A DNA stretch of 63,930 bases, counting the filler, from Squatina squatina (lineage: Eukaryota): NCBI GenBank assembly GCA_031763465.1. It is 4 parts of 4 records of this genome, joined end to end, with 100 filler letters (N's around TTAATTAATTAA, not from the genome) between each part and the next. Parts side by side here need not be neighbours in the genome. Positions count along the whole stretch, not along the records: positions 22,733 to 36,485 come from JARFOE010000234.1; positions 36,586 to 50,737 come from JARFOE010000120.1; 2 more parts are not named here. One strand, given 5' to 3'. The position numbers and the translations under genes were made by a program. Under the pieces are notes generated by a model. It was not told where the DNA came from, searched no databases, and worked only from the letters and a program-made list of their open reading frames with translations. Of the stretch, positions 24,063-36,712 are shown one piece after another. Numbering within the stretch: position 1 is the first letter of the stretch; each line of letters starts with the position of its first letter.

Positions 24063-24205
24063 AAAGAATGCAAGAAAGAACTTGCATTTCTATAGCGCCT
24101 CTCCCAACCTCAGGACGCCCCAAAACGCTTTACAGCCAATGAAGTCCTTCTGAAATGTAGTCACTGTTGTAATGTAGGAAACACAGCAGCCAATTTACGC
24201 ACAAA
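24063..24205 (-). mobile_element. Deu-SINE 3' part
   Basis: Reverse complement of the core and tail seen at 11680-11815. Confidence 0.8.
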
Positions 24206-26059
24206 TTTGAGGCCAAATTCTCAGATGTCACATTAATAATAGTTAAGAGTTGGTTCAAAATCTACAGCAANNNNNNNNNNNNNNNNNNNNNNNNNNNNNN
24301 NNNNNNNNNNNNNNNNNNNNNNNNNNNNNNNNNNNNNNNNNNNNNNNNNNNNNNNNNNNNNNNNNNNNNNCTGACGAGTTGATTTTCATCAGACTGTGTA
24401 GACCAGAATAAAATATTATTAAATATGAGACAGCATACATTTGTTTTGTTTTCTATAGAGCTGATAACTGAACAATTTTATTTTTTAACTTAGTATGGTC
24501 TTGTGGGAATGTCATTACTTCACTGTAGCGATTGCGACATTCATTGAAGTAATGTTTCATATTGCTCTTTTCTATTTAAAAAAAAAACAAAATATTGAAC
24601 GTGTGCATTGAAAACCAAAAAAACCCCAACATTTTTACTTTGATCCAGCTGTCAATCTATTGATGCATATCCAATGGGTCCTGGGAATCGATCAAGCACC
24701 TCTGATTCAGTGAATTTTATGTTATGATGGGACATTTTTTGCAAGCTGCTATATTGTAGCCTACGACTGGTTGAGTTCAAGACATTTGGTTGGTTTACAC
24801 CCAAAGCACCATTTTTAACCGGTTAGTTTAACTCTCAATTGGTTCTATGTTGCAGGCTGTAACTGCTCAAGGCCCCTCGCACCCACCCACCCAGTTATAG
24901 TTTATAAAATGTAACTCAGGAGGAGTTAAAGGAAGTGAAAACATCACCTGTAGCGTCTACTCTTTTTGTTCACGTTTATAAAAAAAAAACAGATTTACAG
25001 GTGTCTGTTAGAGCTGGTGTTAACAGTGGATTGACGGAGCCATTTCTGAATCTTGAATGAAGGACCAGATTGGACCCTGTTGCTATAATTAGTAGACATT
25101 GAGCCCAGATCACTTGTAGCACCAACGTTGTTTGTTTTTTTTTGTGTGTAATACAGTACTGAACAAAGCTTACCATACTAAAGAGAGTACTTTGTTTTCT
25201 TGCACTAATGCATCTGGTAAAATGGTTTTTATCATCTATTATTTAAAAAAAAACTTGTTTGTNNNCAGATATGTTCCTAACGATTACTGTTAATGTATGA
25301 TAAGTTTGTGCAAAAGGTTATCATAATTTGCAGTACCTCAGCATTAATCTTTACTGAATGTTCATTCTGTACCAGTCATACCTGTTCAAAAACTGTGTAG
25401 ATTTCCTTTTTTTTCTCCCCGCACATCTGTATTGAGATGTGCGTTACAATGTTGTAGTGAGACTACTTTACACAAATAAAAGATTCCATAGGTTAGGTTT
25501 TGTTTGCCAAGTTTACAGTTTATTGTACTCTTGTTTTATATAAACACTTTAATTAAATCACTATATGGGTTGTCAAAACCCATTGCTCGTTCAATGACTT
25601 TTTTTAGCACACTTGTTTAGGTCTCAGTTTGGATCCAGATGTTTGCATTATCAAATGAAATATTATTGTGATCAAGGTATTTTTGAAATGATGCTTTCAA
25701 AGAACAGCAACAAATACCTGTTCCTTGAAGCAATTCATTAACATCACCTATTTTCATGTTGAAAACGGGCAAAATGGGAGCAGTTTCTGTGAAAGAGACA
25801 GGGATACTGCAGATTACCATGTATATTGTGTTCTTTCTTTTGTCTACATTGTAGTTTAGGAAGCTCCTTTTAAATATTTTTGTTATCTAAAATACTTTTA
25901 AAGTTGACTGTTTAGAACATGCGTTGGAAGTCTTGTAATTTTAAACCAACTGTAAGGGTTGGGGAAATGAACTCTTTAAACATTACCAAAATTGATTGGC
26001 CTTCCTCTGTATTTTGATAGTGCAGCTTCTAAATTATGCTGCTGTAGTTTCTAGAATGA

Positions 26060-26115
26060 TCTGTAAATACTGTACTTCCTGGTATTTTGTTTTGCTGACT
26101 TGATAAATAAAAAGT
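26060..26115 (+). terminator. Probable polyadenylation signal of the ZNF462-like 3' UTR
   Basis: AATAAA at 26106-26111, with upstream TGTA elements and a downstream T-rich tract, ending an AT-rich repeat-poor region. A second AATAAA lies at 25475. Confidence 0.5.
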
Positions 26116-26284
26116 GATGACTCCTTTTTAATTTTGTAACTTTCTTGGGAGATTTGTTTTTCAACACCAACTTGTATTTATACAGTGCCTTTAAGGCACT
26201 TCACAGGAGTGTTATAAGACAAAAATTTCCTATTAAGTTCGAGACAAACAAACCAACCAACTAATTGTAGTGCTTCACAAAAGC

Positions 26285-26623
26285 AGAATACTGTTGATGC
26301 TGGGTATCTAAAGTAAAAACAGAAAATGCTGCAAATAGTCAGCAGGTCAAGCAGCCCCTATGGAGAGAGAAACCGAGTTAACGTTTCAGGATGTCAGAAC
26401 AGGAAAGAGTTTGAGATGTAACCGGTTTTAAGCAAGTACAGAGGCATAGAAAGGGGAGGGGAGGAAAGAACAAACGGGAAGGTCTGTTATAGGATTGAAG
26501 GCAGGATTGATTAAATAATAAATGGGATGATGGTGCAAGGCAAAAGGAGATGGTAATATAACAAGTGAAGAAATAAAAGATTGGTTTAGAAGAGGTGTAA
26601 AGGGGAATAGCAGAATCATCAAA
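26285..26623. mobile_element. Penelope-like repeat fragment
   Basis: aatactg..gatgctgg...aaaacagaaaatgctg...agcaggtca.gcagc...taacgtttcagg motif. A shorter copy lies at 5981-6004. The family assignment is from recall. Confidence 0.5.
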
Positions 26624-27363
26624 NNNNNNNNNNNNNNNNNNNNNNNNNNNNNNNNNNNNNNNNNNNNNNNNNNNNNNNNNNNNNNNNNNNNNNNNNNNNN
26701 NNNNNNNNNNNNNNNNNNNNNNNCCTGGAGTGGGACTATGTCCCTACAAACCACTGACCCAGATGCGAGAGTGCTACCCACTGAGCCAGGACTGACACTG
26801 TGGATAGTGGGGCCCATCATCTAGCAGAGTTTGGGTGGGACCATGATCTGTCAATGTTGAGAAGGGCTGGAAACTGACAGAATTGAGGAGGATTCCTGGG
26901 TCAGGAGTACAGGACCGTCCCAGTTCCCAAGCTGAAGCCAGTTTTAAATGTGAAGTGCTCAATAACATTGTTGCTGACCACATACTTATTGTAACCATCA
27001 CAGCTGTAAGAAATTAGAATATTTAGAATCGGATAACATGGGTGTTGTATTTAGCTTCTCAAACACAAAGCTGAAATATAAGTGATATAACTAGCCCACT
27101 CTGATTAACTGCAGAGCTTTCAAAATTCAATTCCTTTGTCTTTTAAGAAACAAAAACCCTCAGAAATAAAACACGGAGAAAGAACATAGTTTCCAATTAC
27201 ATGATTAAATCTCGGCTTGTTTCTCCAAATAGCGAACACATCTGCTGTCCTCTGTCTGTCCTTGTCTCTTCCTCTCTCACTCTCTCTCTCTGTCTGTTTA
27301 TCTGCCTCTCTCTCTCTCTTTTCCTAGCTCTGGTTGTCTCTGTGACTCTCTCTTTCCCTCACT

Positions 27364-27850
27364 GCGGGGAATTTTAATGCAGGTAAGTGTGTGGGTTTGG
27401 GTGCGAGTGGGGGGGTTGAAATCCCAGAAAAATGCGAGCGCATTGAGAAGCTGGCTCCAACCCACATTTAACTGCAGGGCATTAGGTTGCATGCGCGCAA
27501 CCCCCTCGGGAGAGGCGGGTTGTCAATTTCAATATGTTAATAGATCAATTACAGTGACATTAACGTGGGTTTTGGAGTTTAACGTTGGCTCGACAGGTTT
27601 TCCGGGTTTTCTGGAACTCATCAATGAAAGCAAGGTGAGAAGACAGCGGCTGAAGCCAAGTCAGGGAAATATGCCAATAAGGACTCAGTACTTACAACTG
27701 CTTTCTTACCTGCTTGTGTGAAAGGGTTCGTACAAAGGACTTGTACTGAGAGGTTGCTTTACACACTTTGGAGGTGTCATCTACACTTTGGAGGACCGGA
27801 GGTCTGATCTGCACCCGCTCCCAGTGCATCACAATCTTAAAATCCACCCC
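27364..27850. mobile_element. MITE-like repeat
   Basis: Imperfect inverted ends ggggaattttaa and ttaaaatccacccc, inserted into a CT-rich tract that resumes afterwards. Confidence 0.45.
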
Positions 27851-28854
27851 ACAATCTCTGCCTCTTTCTCTTTCCCTAGCTTCCACTGTCTCCCTGACTC
27901 TTTCTCTCTCTTTCCTTGCCTGACTCAAATGAAATATTGGGTAATACTTTTTAATTCTGAAATCTTATCTGAACTTGGTGTTTGAGAATTTCAAAGCATA
28001 AGGGAATATAAAAATACTGGATTGGTTTTCCTGGACATCTCTTACTTGTTGTTTTGGCAGATTTCTGGTGGGTCATGGGGATTGTCCTNNNNNNNNNNNN
28101 NNNNNNNNNNNNNNNNNNNNNNNNNNNNNNNNNNNNNNNNNNNNNNNNNNNNNNNNNNNNNNNNNNNNNNNNNNNNNNNNNNNNNNNNATGGTTTCAACA
28201 CTCCCATCAAACTACACGTCCACTGATTTTCTTTAGTGTTTGCTTTACAGTCAAAGATTGGTCACAATTTTAGTTGTTTCCGCAGTTACTTCTGCACCCA
28301 TCAGTTTAAAAAATAGTGTGTCATTTCATTATTCTGAACAAAGAAATGTATTGGAATGAAACACAGTGCAGATTTGGCTCCTTCAAGCCCACTGACACTG
28401 GATGAGATTTTGACCTAGAGGTATATGTGATCAATGGATTGCGAAAGGTTAATCTAAAACACTATTTCAAGTTAAATCGCAGTTGCAAGACAAGGGGACA
28501 TAGGCCCAAACTGGTTAACAGAATGTCCTGGACTGATAACAGGAAGCATCTCTTTATCCAAAGAATATCTGCAGTGGTCTTCTGGGTGGAACTAAAAACT
28601 TTTGAATCATTTAAAAGGCAGTGGATGCCATGATAGATGACAATAGGTTTCTATAGAAGGATAAGCTAGATCTCATCTGTACTTGCCTTTTGTGATTATG
28701 GTGCATTCTCTGGTATGAATTTTTGCACAAGATTGTCCTGTATTGACTGCTTCCCACATGAATCATTTTCTAACCTAGGTTGCTAAAACTCCTACATAAG
28801 TTAATAATAAATGATTGTATTACAGCTCATCACCACACTGCAGTTGTCTTATAA

Positions 28855-28998
<144 letters not shown>

Positions 28999-31900
28999 TG
29001 AGAGGTGTTGAAGAATACAATTGCCTNNNNNNNNNNAAACTGTGAAGGGTAACAGTATTGGTGATGAGGACCTGAACTGGCTTGGAAGTAAAGAATATTG
29101 GGCCGAGCATGTCGAACTATTCTGTGATGTTAACCATTGGTTTGTGCCCCAGTTAAGCTTCCAGTCTTGGTTCCAATGTTAACTGGAGATGTTAACAATT
29201 GATATGCATTGTTTTCTCAGTGAGAGAGGGGGCTGGATGATCAGTGGAAATACTATCATCTGCTTCCCACCAGTCCGTCAGCTCTTGAGCAATGGCTTGG
29301 GAACAGGCTGATTCCACTGGAAATTATGTGTTGCTTGGGGAAGGAGGGGGCGGGAAGAGAGAGGAGAACCTAACTGGGAGAAAATGCATTTAATAGAGGC
29401 ATAGCATTTGAATATTGTTTTTCCCAGATACGGAGTGGGTTGCAACGAAAAAGCACAGAGTGGGTGCGTCAATCTGAATTGCCAAAAGGAAACTATAGCT
29501 TCTGCCTCTAGTTTCTGGGTTCCAGGTTATTTGTGGGCAAAATGTCACAGAATGGAGACCACCAAACTAGAGTGAAAAATGAAGCCTGATAATGTTCATC
29601 ACATGTCAGAAATCTCTGACTGGAATGTGTATTGTGATACATTGTAAGTCTCGCACCAGGCTAATGAGTACTGTGTATATCTCTCACCTACATCTGTCTG
29701 TGACACTCTTGAGTGGTTAAAGCCGTTCCTGTACTGAGTTGCTAGTCATATCGAAAGCCAGTTATTTTTGTTGGTCACTGAGGAAACCACAGGTTTTTTT
29801 TAAATTTTGTTTTGTTTTTATTGTTGCTCATTTATTTTGCAAGGTAAGTTCCCTTCTGGTCCCATCGAAGATAGGAGAAAGAAACATAGAAGATAAGAGA
29901 GCCTTGCTCCTCCCTCTGGCTCGGAGTAGTCTCTGGGCTTCTGCCACTGTTGTGCTAGAGTGAAATGGGAGGAGGTACACAGGAGTGCACTAGTTTCCTC
30001 CACCCGGCCTCCACTCCCATTCCATTCTGTGGTCCTGAGCAACTGCTTTGTGCCACTCCACGGTAATGAAACTGAAGTTGGTAACTCAGTGGAGTAGGAC
30101 AGATTGAATCTGTGCACTATTGCCATGTATTTTCATTCCAGCAGCTTGTGCTATCAAACTGTTCAGCTACATATTTATCCTTTCTAAAGAACTGACTTCC
30201 AATCTCAGGTGAGCATAAGCTGGACACTAATATGAGAATTGTGCAGCACTAAAATTTTGGGAGTTGAGCTAAGTTTTAGAAAATGAAATCGAAAGGTTTG
30301 TTTCTGATGTTGAAAGTTCCTTCCTCCCAAGGGTTATTTCCCTCCGCCTCTGAAGGCAAGGGATTATGGAACCATGGCAAGTAGATGGAATTGAGATGCA
30401 GATCAGTCACGATCTAATTGAATGGCAGAACAGGCTCAAGGGGCTGAATGGCCTACTCCTGTTCCTAAGTATGACATAGTTCGTGTTTTATTTAACAGCA
30501 TTCAAATTCAGCAAGGGATAGAATCCTCAGAAAAGGAGCCCAACGGACTTGAAATCTATATTGAGCATTTGGAGTATGAAAGGCAGCTTGATTATAATTT
30601 TATTTTGCGTTATAGCTCCCTGTCTGCCAGACGACAGCATGAATACTGTTTGTGAACGAACCTGTGATTTATTGTCAGTCAACAGTTTCTTTTTTTGACA
30701 TTTTTAGAAGATATGGGTTGTACATAGCTATATTTTACTAAGCCTTAATTAAAGAGATGGGGATCTCTTTTGCTGACCTAGACAGTCTGTAAGGCAATTT
30801 TTCTCTTTTCAAATATAGCAAAACTGTTTCAAAAAAAAGTATAAATAGTTTGTAGAAGACGGAATCCAGATAGTTGGTCTTGCATTGAGTAATCTTGTAA
30901 CGACTAGCCCGCCTTCTTTATATGTCGGTTCATCAAACAGAGCCGATTTGCTTTTGAAGAAAGCTGCGCTGAAGATTTGGGATGAGCTAGAACATGTTGA
31001 TGAGAAATGCTGTAGGTTTTATTGTATTAGCTTTAAAGGTAGAACTCAAAAAAAAAAGTGGACACTTTCAAAGGCAAAATAATCACATAAATGTAATCTT
31101 AATTAAAGCCATCAATTTAAAAAAAAGTGTATCTTAATGTAGAAACTCTTCATGGCAATGATCTTCTGCTAAGCTTTTGGTGAAAACGTCTTTGTTTAGT
31201 AGTTTTTACACCATTGATCCATTTTCTTTCTGCGCTCCTCTGAACCAAGCACATTTTATACCATTTTTAATCTTTTAATTTAACTACTTGATCACCATGA
31301 ATGAAAATTGGCAATTCTGATTTTCATAATGTGTCTGGCCTTTTCACACCGTGCAACAGAATTTGTTGAAGGCGCTCTCTGCTTTTTAAGAGTGATACTT
31401 AAAACCGCACTATAAAACTTACCNNNNNNNNNNNNNNNNNNNNNNNNNNNNNNNNNNNNNNNNNNNNNNNNNNNNNNNNNNNNNNNNNNNNNNNNNNNNN
31501 NNNNNNNNNNNNNNNNNNNNNNNCATGTCACACACGTAAGAGACAAGAAGTGGTACACACTGGTCTTCTAATAATTAGCAAAGTCAGTCAATTCCATTTT
31601 AAAAGTACATTAGTTGACCTCCTCTGCCGCTGCTCACAAGTGGTCTGGGTTCTGCAGCACAGTTGTAATGTTGAGGCACTAAGGTGAAGCTGTGTTTATT
31701 CTTAAAGACAGGGACAGATACATGTCAAGTTAGAACTACATACAGTCTTCTATAACACGAGCGTGATGGATCATTTTATCGGCTTGAGATTTAATTTTAT
31801 ACTGTGGAGAGTAATTTTTGGTTAATTATAATTAATAAATTTGCAGTAAAAATTAAATATTATATTCATATTTACAATCCACTTAGCTAGTCATCATACA

Positions 31901-32315
31901 TCCAGTTATAAATTTGTAGAAGAGATGAAGATACGAATTGCATTTATTAACTTCGGCAGCAGTGTGTGGAGATCAAGGGACCACAGAGTTCCAAAAGTCA
32001 GATCATTTATTAAATCTATATTGAAGTCTGCTCTGATAATTCTATCATTATAACAACAATTTTGTGTTTATAGCTTTCAGTAGCCCACCCACACTCTCAC
32101 AATCTAATTCTCCATCCATCCCAGTGTCTAGTAAATTAGACAGTAGATATATATAATCACATCAGGCACTGTAAGCTTTTATAAATAGAATATTTATTTT
32201 TCAATGTAGTTTTAGACTACAGAATTTTACTGCATGTTCTCCTAAATGTAGATCAATTAAGTAATGCAAGATTTGCTGACACTCTGTACTAAGAATACAA
32301 TTCAAACAAGACCAA

Positions 32316-33420
32316 GGGGCCCCAATTGGAGTGGTTTCACATCCGGGTAGCTTCGAATAGCGGCGCTACCCGGATGTGGAATCAGCTTTGCATTAAAAAA
32401 TGGCAAAATGGAGAATTGGGCCTGGCACACCAGCAGCGTAAATGCCTGACCACCGGTGGCGCCATTGGCACGGGTTTGGATGCGCGATAACATAACCGCG
32501 CGCCGACCCCTCTGCGCCCACCCACAACTCCCCTGTGCACCATGGGTATTGGAGGCGGCCTGCCCTGTGATGCCACTGGCGTCGGCAAAGACAGGTTTAC
32601 CCTGCCACTGCCGGGGCGGTTAACGGGTCGTGTTCATCGCCGGTGTCCGCCATCTTGAAACATCGGCTGACTGATTGTCCCAGGAAAAAGCAGGGCCCCT
32701 TTCTGGCATNNNNNNNNNNNNNNNNNNNNNNNNNNNNNNNNNNNNNNNNNNNNNNNNNNNNNNNNNNNNNNNNNNNNNNNNNNNNNNNNNNNNNNNNNNN
32801 NNNNNNNNNTTCCNNNNNNNNNNNNNNNNNNNNNNNNNNNNNNNNNNNNNNNNNNNNNNNNNNNNNNNNNNNNNNNNNNNNNNNNNNNNNNNNNNNNNNN
32901 NNNNNNNNNNNNNNNNNNNNNNNNNNNNNNNNNNNNNNNNNNNNNNNNNNNNCTTCCTTCCCTCTGTATCCTGGTCTACAGAGGGACTAGAAGGCTCAAC
33001 TTGGGTCGGCCGAGTGGCCTTTTCCTATCTGTAGCTGCTCACCAGCTCATCTGCTTTTTGCATTGGAGATTCTAAAGGCACAGACCCCTGAGATAATTCG
33101 CAGCAAAAAAGTGGTGAGTGTTTGCGATGTAGGAGCAAGCTTTCTGCCTGCCCCACGCAACCAGTCGAAGGACCGAACCATTCTCATGGTCGGGGCTCAT
33201 TAGCATTGCCCTGAGAGCAGCTCGCCGATTGGAGGGAAACCCGGAGAGAGATCGAGTAAGTTAAGTCGGGGATGCGAGGTAAGGGGAAGGTGATCCTGGG
33301 GAGGGCTAATGGAGGGTGGGTATCGGAGGGTGGCGGTGGGGTCAATGCTTGTGAGGCATTAATGCTCTTACTGACCCCACAGAAATCATTTACAAACCTA
33401 TCCTTCCACTATATTTTCGA
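32316..33420. repeat. GC-rich interspersed repeat cluster (gapped)
   Basis: Abrupt GC/CpG rise starting ggggccccaatt, with no recognisable coding content. Confidence 0.45.
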
Positions 33421-33504
33421 CGGTCTACAAAGCTTCCCCTCCACAATGACAAATGCAGAAAATGCAAGGCAACCCAGCAAACGGGTAGCAAATTCCAGCT
33501 GCCC

Positions 33505-33723
33505 TGATCCTAAATTCTGAAATTCCCTCCCTAAACCTCTCTGCCTCTCTACCTCTCTCCTCCTTTAAGACACTTCTTCAAACCTACCTCTGTGACCAAG
33601 CTTTTGGTCACCTGCCCTCATATCTCCTTCTGCGGCTCGGTGTTAAGTGTTTTTTTATTGATATCGCTCTTGTTAAGCGCCTTGCTATGTTAAAGGCGCT
33701 ACATAAATGCAAGTTGTTATTGT
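33505..33723 (+). mobile_element. L2-type LINE 3' end
   Basis: aattccctccctaaacctct...aaaggcgctacataaatgcaagttg. The same tail occurs at 51700-51895 and 56590-56770. Confidence 0.75.
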
Positions 33724-33734
33724 TTATATCTAGT

Positions 33735-34189
33735 GTGATAGAATTGAAAAGTAGAGAGGTTATGCTGAACTTGTATCGAACCTTGGTTGGACCACATGTG
33801 GAGGTTCTGGTCACCATATTGTGAAAAGGATATAGAGGCACTGGAGAGGATGCAAATACGATACCAGAACTGCGAGGTTATAGCTATCAGGAAAGGATGA
33901 ACAGGCTGGCTCTCTTTACTCTTGAAAAGAGAAGACTGAGCAGTGACCTAGTAGAGGTCTTTACATGATGAAAACCATTGATAATTTTACACAGAGTTTC
34001 CACTTGTGGGGAGGATCAAAACTCGAGGACATCAACATAAAATAGTTAGCAAGAAATCCAATGGGGAATTCAGAAGGAGCTTCTTTACCCGGAGAGTGGT
34101 GAGAAGGTGGAACTCGCTCCCACAGGGAGTGGTTGACACGAATCGTGTAGAGGCAGTTCAGGGGAGGCTCGATGAGTAAATGAGGGAGG
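33735..34189 (+). mobile_element. CR1-type LINE RT C-terminal fragment
   Basis: LYRTLVGPH, KRRLS.DLVEV, TRGH and FFT.RVVR.WNSLP motifs with frameshifts. Confidence 0.85.
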
Positions 34190-34744
34190 NNNNNNNNNNN
34201 NNNNNNNNNNNNNNNNNNNNNNNNNNNNNNNNNNNNNNNNNNNNNNNNNNNNNNNNNNNNNNNNNNNNNNNNNNNNNNNNNNNNNNNNNGGTATGCCTAT
34301 CCGGCAGTGGAATTACAGGATTTTGTGGCGGCAGCGTTGGTGGTACTATCGTCTATGTTTTGTTTCTCCAGTGCTTTCTTGTGTTGTGAAGAGGCTGCAA
34401 TTGATTAGAGCCTGGATCTGTACTTGAGACTCGCAGTGAGTGCCCAATGTTCGTCAGCAAAGTACACATCTGTCACCATGGCTTTTGTTTATCTGAGCTG
34501 GAACAGATAACTATGTCCGTTCTACGTCTGAACATCAGCCCCGTACACAATATTTGATTTCTCTTCCCTTTCTTTCTCGTTATAATGGAAATCCCTAATT
34601 TGAAGGAATTTTAGCTTTCAAAGCAGTCATAATTAAACGGGGGGCAGTTTTTCTAATTTGTCTGTGTTGGTGTTCTGCTTAGTCGCCATGAGTGTCACAG
34701 TCATAGCAAATTGACAGAGGGAGGGGTTGTAGCATCACTAACAT

Positions 34745-34927
34745 AGCATAGAAACATAGAAAATAGGAGCAGGAGTAGGCCATTCAGCCCTTCAAGCCTG
34801 CTCCACTATTCAATATGATCATCCAAATTTAGTACCCTGTTCCCACTTCCTCCCCATATCCCTTGATCCCTTTAGCAATAAGAACTATATCTCACTCCTT
34901 CTTGAATATATTTAATGACTTTGCCTC
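34745..34927 (-). mobile_element. CR1-type LINE 3' terminus
   Basis: atagaaacatagaaaataggagcaggagtaggcc tail. Confidence 0.8.
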
Positions 34928-35027
34928 NNNNNNNNNNNNNNNNNNNNNNNNNNNNNNNNNNNNNNNNNNNNNNNNNNNNNNNNNNNNNNNNNNNNNNNNN
35001 NNNNNNNNNNNNNNNNNNNNNNNNNNN

Positions 35028-35450
35028 GGACGTCCCAAAGCGCTTTACAGCCCATGAAGTACTTTTGAAGCATAGTCACTGTTGTAATATCAGGGCGGGC
35101 GGGACACACATATCAGTCAATCTATGCACAGCAAGATCCCACAAACAGCAATGAGATAAATGGCCATCTGCTTTAGGGGATAGCTAAATATCGGGATAAG
35201 TATCGGGAGGACTCCCCTGCTCTTGTTTGAATAGCAGTCACAGGATTTTTTGTATCCACCTGAGAGGGCAGTTGGGGCCGTGGATTAACAGCTTACCCCA
35301 AAGACGGCACCCCCGGCAGTGCAGTACTCCCTCAGTACTGCACTGGGAGTGTCAGCCTGCATTATGTGCTCAAGTCTCTGGAGTGGGACTCAAACCCCTG
35401 ACTTTCGTGGCTCGGAGGAAAGAGTGCTACTCACTGAGCCATGGATAACA
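35028..35450 (-). mobile_element. Deu-domain SINE, near full length
   Basis: The minus strand has a head (tggctcagtg...ggtttgagtcccactccagagacttgagcaca) and a Deu core. Same family as 11386-11815. Confidence 0.8.
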
Positions 35451-36485
35451 CAAAGACAATGGTAGTAACTGTCAGAACTGTTCTCCTAGAGTTCACCACA
35501 GTCGGCAAGAGAGCCTAATCAATGCTTGACATTTAGTTATGAGGTCAATTGGGGCTTAATGCTGGATAAAGTGAGCTGAGTGGGACGTGATGCAGGGTCT
35601 TGGCCTTGCAGACTTGATAAAAATATATGATGAAAGACGATAAAATACATGTTGAACAATTGGATGTATCGGGCCTTTTCTGCAGGCTGCCTCAGGGATG
35701 AAATGGAGACACAAGGCGAGACTTCGGGATGTAGTTAATTTTTATTTTTGTGCGATTTGGTGTACTCTTCTATAGTTAGATTGTATTTATCTTTTGAGGA
35801 TGCCCTTTAATTTAATGCACTGCACTAAACTTTGGTGTGATTTTCTGTGCTAAAGTGAGTTTGCTGCTATTTCCAAAGCAAACAAACACATGCACATGTG
35901 AAACGGTCTGCAATAAAAACCTGCTCAATTAAGCATGTAATTCTGTGCTCTTCCTATAAACACTTTGTTTTCATAGTTTTTAAGTTCAAAACCAAAATCT
36001 TGCAGAGGATAGACAGTAAGCACGGTCCCAGCCAGTGCAAACCTGCCAATATGCTAATTAAGAATCAGTGGGCTTTTAATCTGCTCCGTGAAAGACTACA
36101 ACAATCATTAAAACATTTCTCAGATGCTCAGTACATATTTAGTACTGTAATAATGCACTCTTCCTTCTTGTAACAAGGTTTGGGTTTGCAGGCCCGTTGG
36201 AGCATGATGCTTGTTGGCCGTTGCTGATCTCCAATAGCATTGCTTGTGTTAAGTCAGTGAAGGTATTCCTGGAGGTTTTATCATATGACCTCCAGCCACC
36301 CCACCCCACACACCCACCAGTGATTAGCCGACATGTTTGCCCTTGCGGCGGCCCGCCCTCACACGCCTAATTGAACTCTAACTCGTCTTTGGATGATTCT
36401 TGACTATCAGTCAAACCGGCTTTTTTCTCCACTGCCAATATTTCATAACCAAATAATCAAAAGTGTTGAAAGAAAATGAAGAAAA

Positions 36486-36585
36486 NNNNNNNNNNNNNNN
36501 NNNNNNNNNNNNNNNNNNNNNNNNNNNNNTTAATTAATTAANNNNNNNNNNNNNNNNNNNNNNNNNNNNNNNNNNNNNNNNNNNN
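36486..36585. other. Artificial scaffold-concatenation linker
   Basis: TTAATTAATTAA at 36530-36541 flanked by 44 N on each side. Confidence 0.95.
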
Positions 36586-36712
36586 TGTGGTCTCACCAAG
36601 GCCCTGTACAACTGCAGTAGAACCTCCCTGCTCCTATACTCGAATCCTCTTGCTATGAATGCTAACATACCATTCGCTTTCTTCACTGCCTGCTGTACCT
36701 GCATGCCTACAC
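36586..36712 (-). mobile_element. CR1 RT fragment
   Basis: QVQQAVKKANGMLAFIARGFEYRSREVLLQLYRALVRP. Confidence 0.9.

Noticed and set aside
28050-28088. Acceptor-like ttttggcag followed by FWWVMGIV as a TMEM50 exon
   Set aside because: Does not match the FFTGWWIIIDA motif or its phase, and is truncated by a gap.
34290-34510. Minus-strand acceptor followed by QINKSHGDRCVLC* or a Kozak ATG ORF (MVTDVYF...)
   Set aside because: Short frames with no recognisable homology. A terminal exon cannot be excluded without RNA-seq.
36197-36234. C/D-box snoRNA-like hairpin (ttggag-ATGATG...CTGA-ctccaa)
   Set aside because: Only 38 nt long with an imperfect C box (ATGATGC), leaving no room for a normal guide and C'/D' structure.
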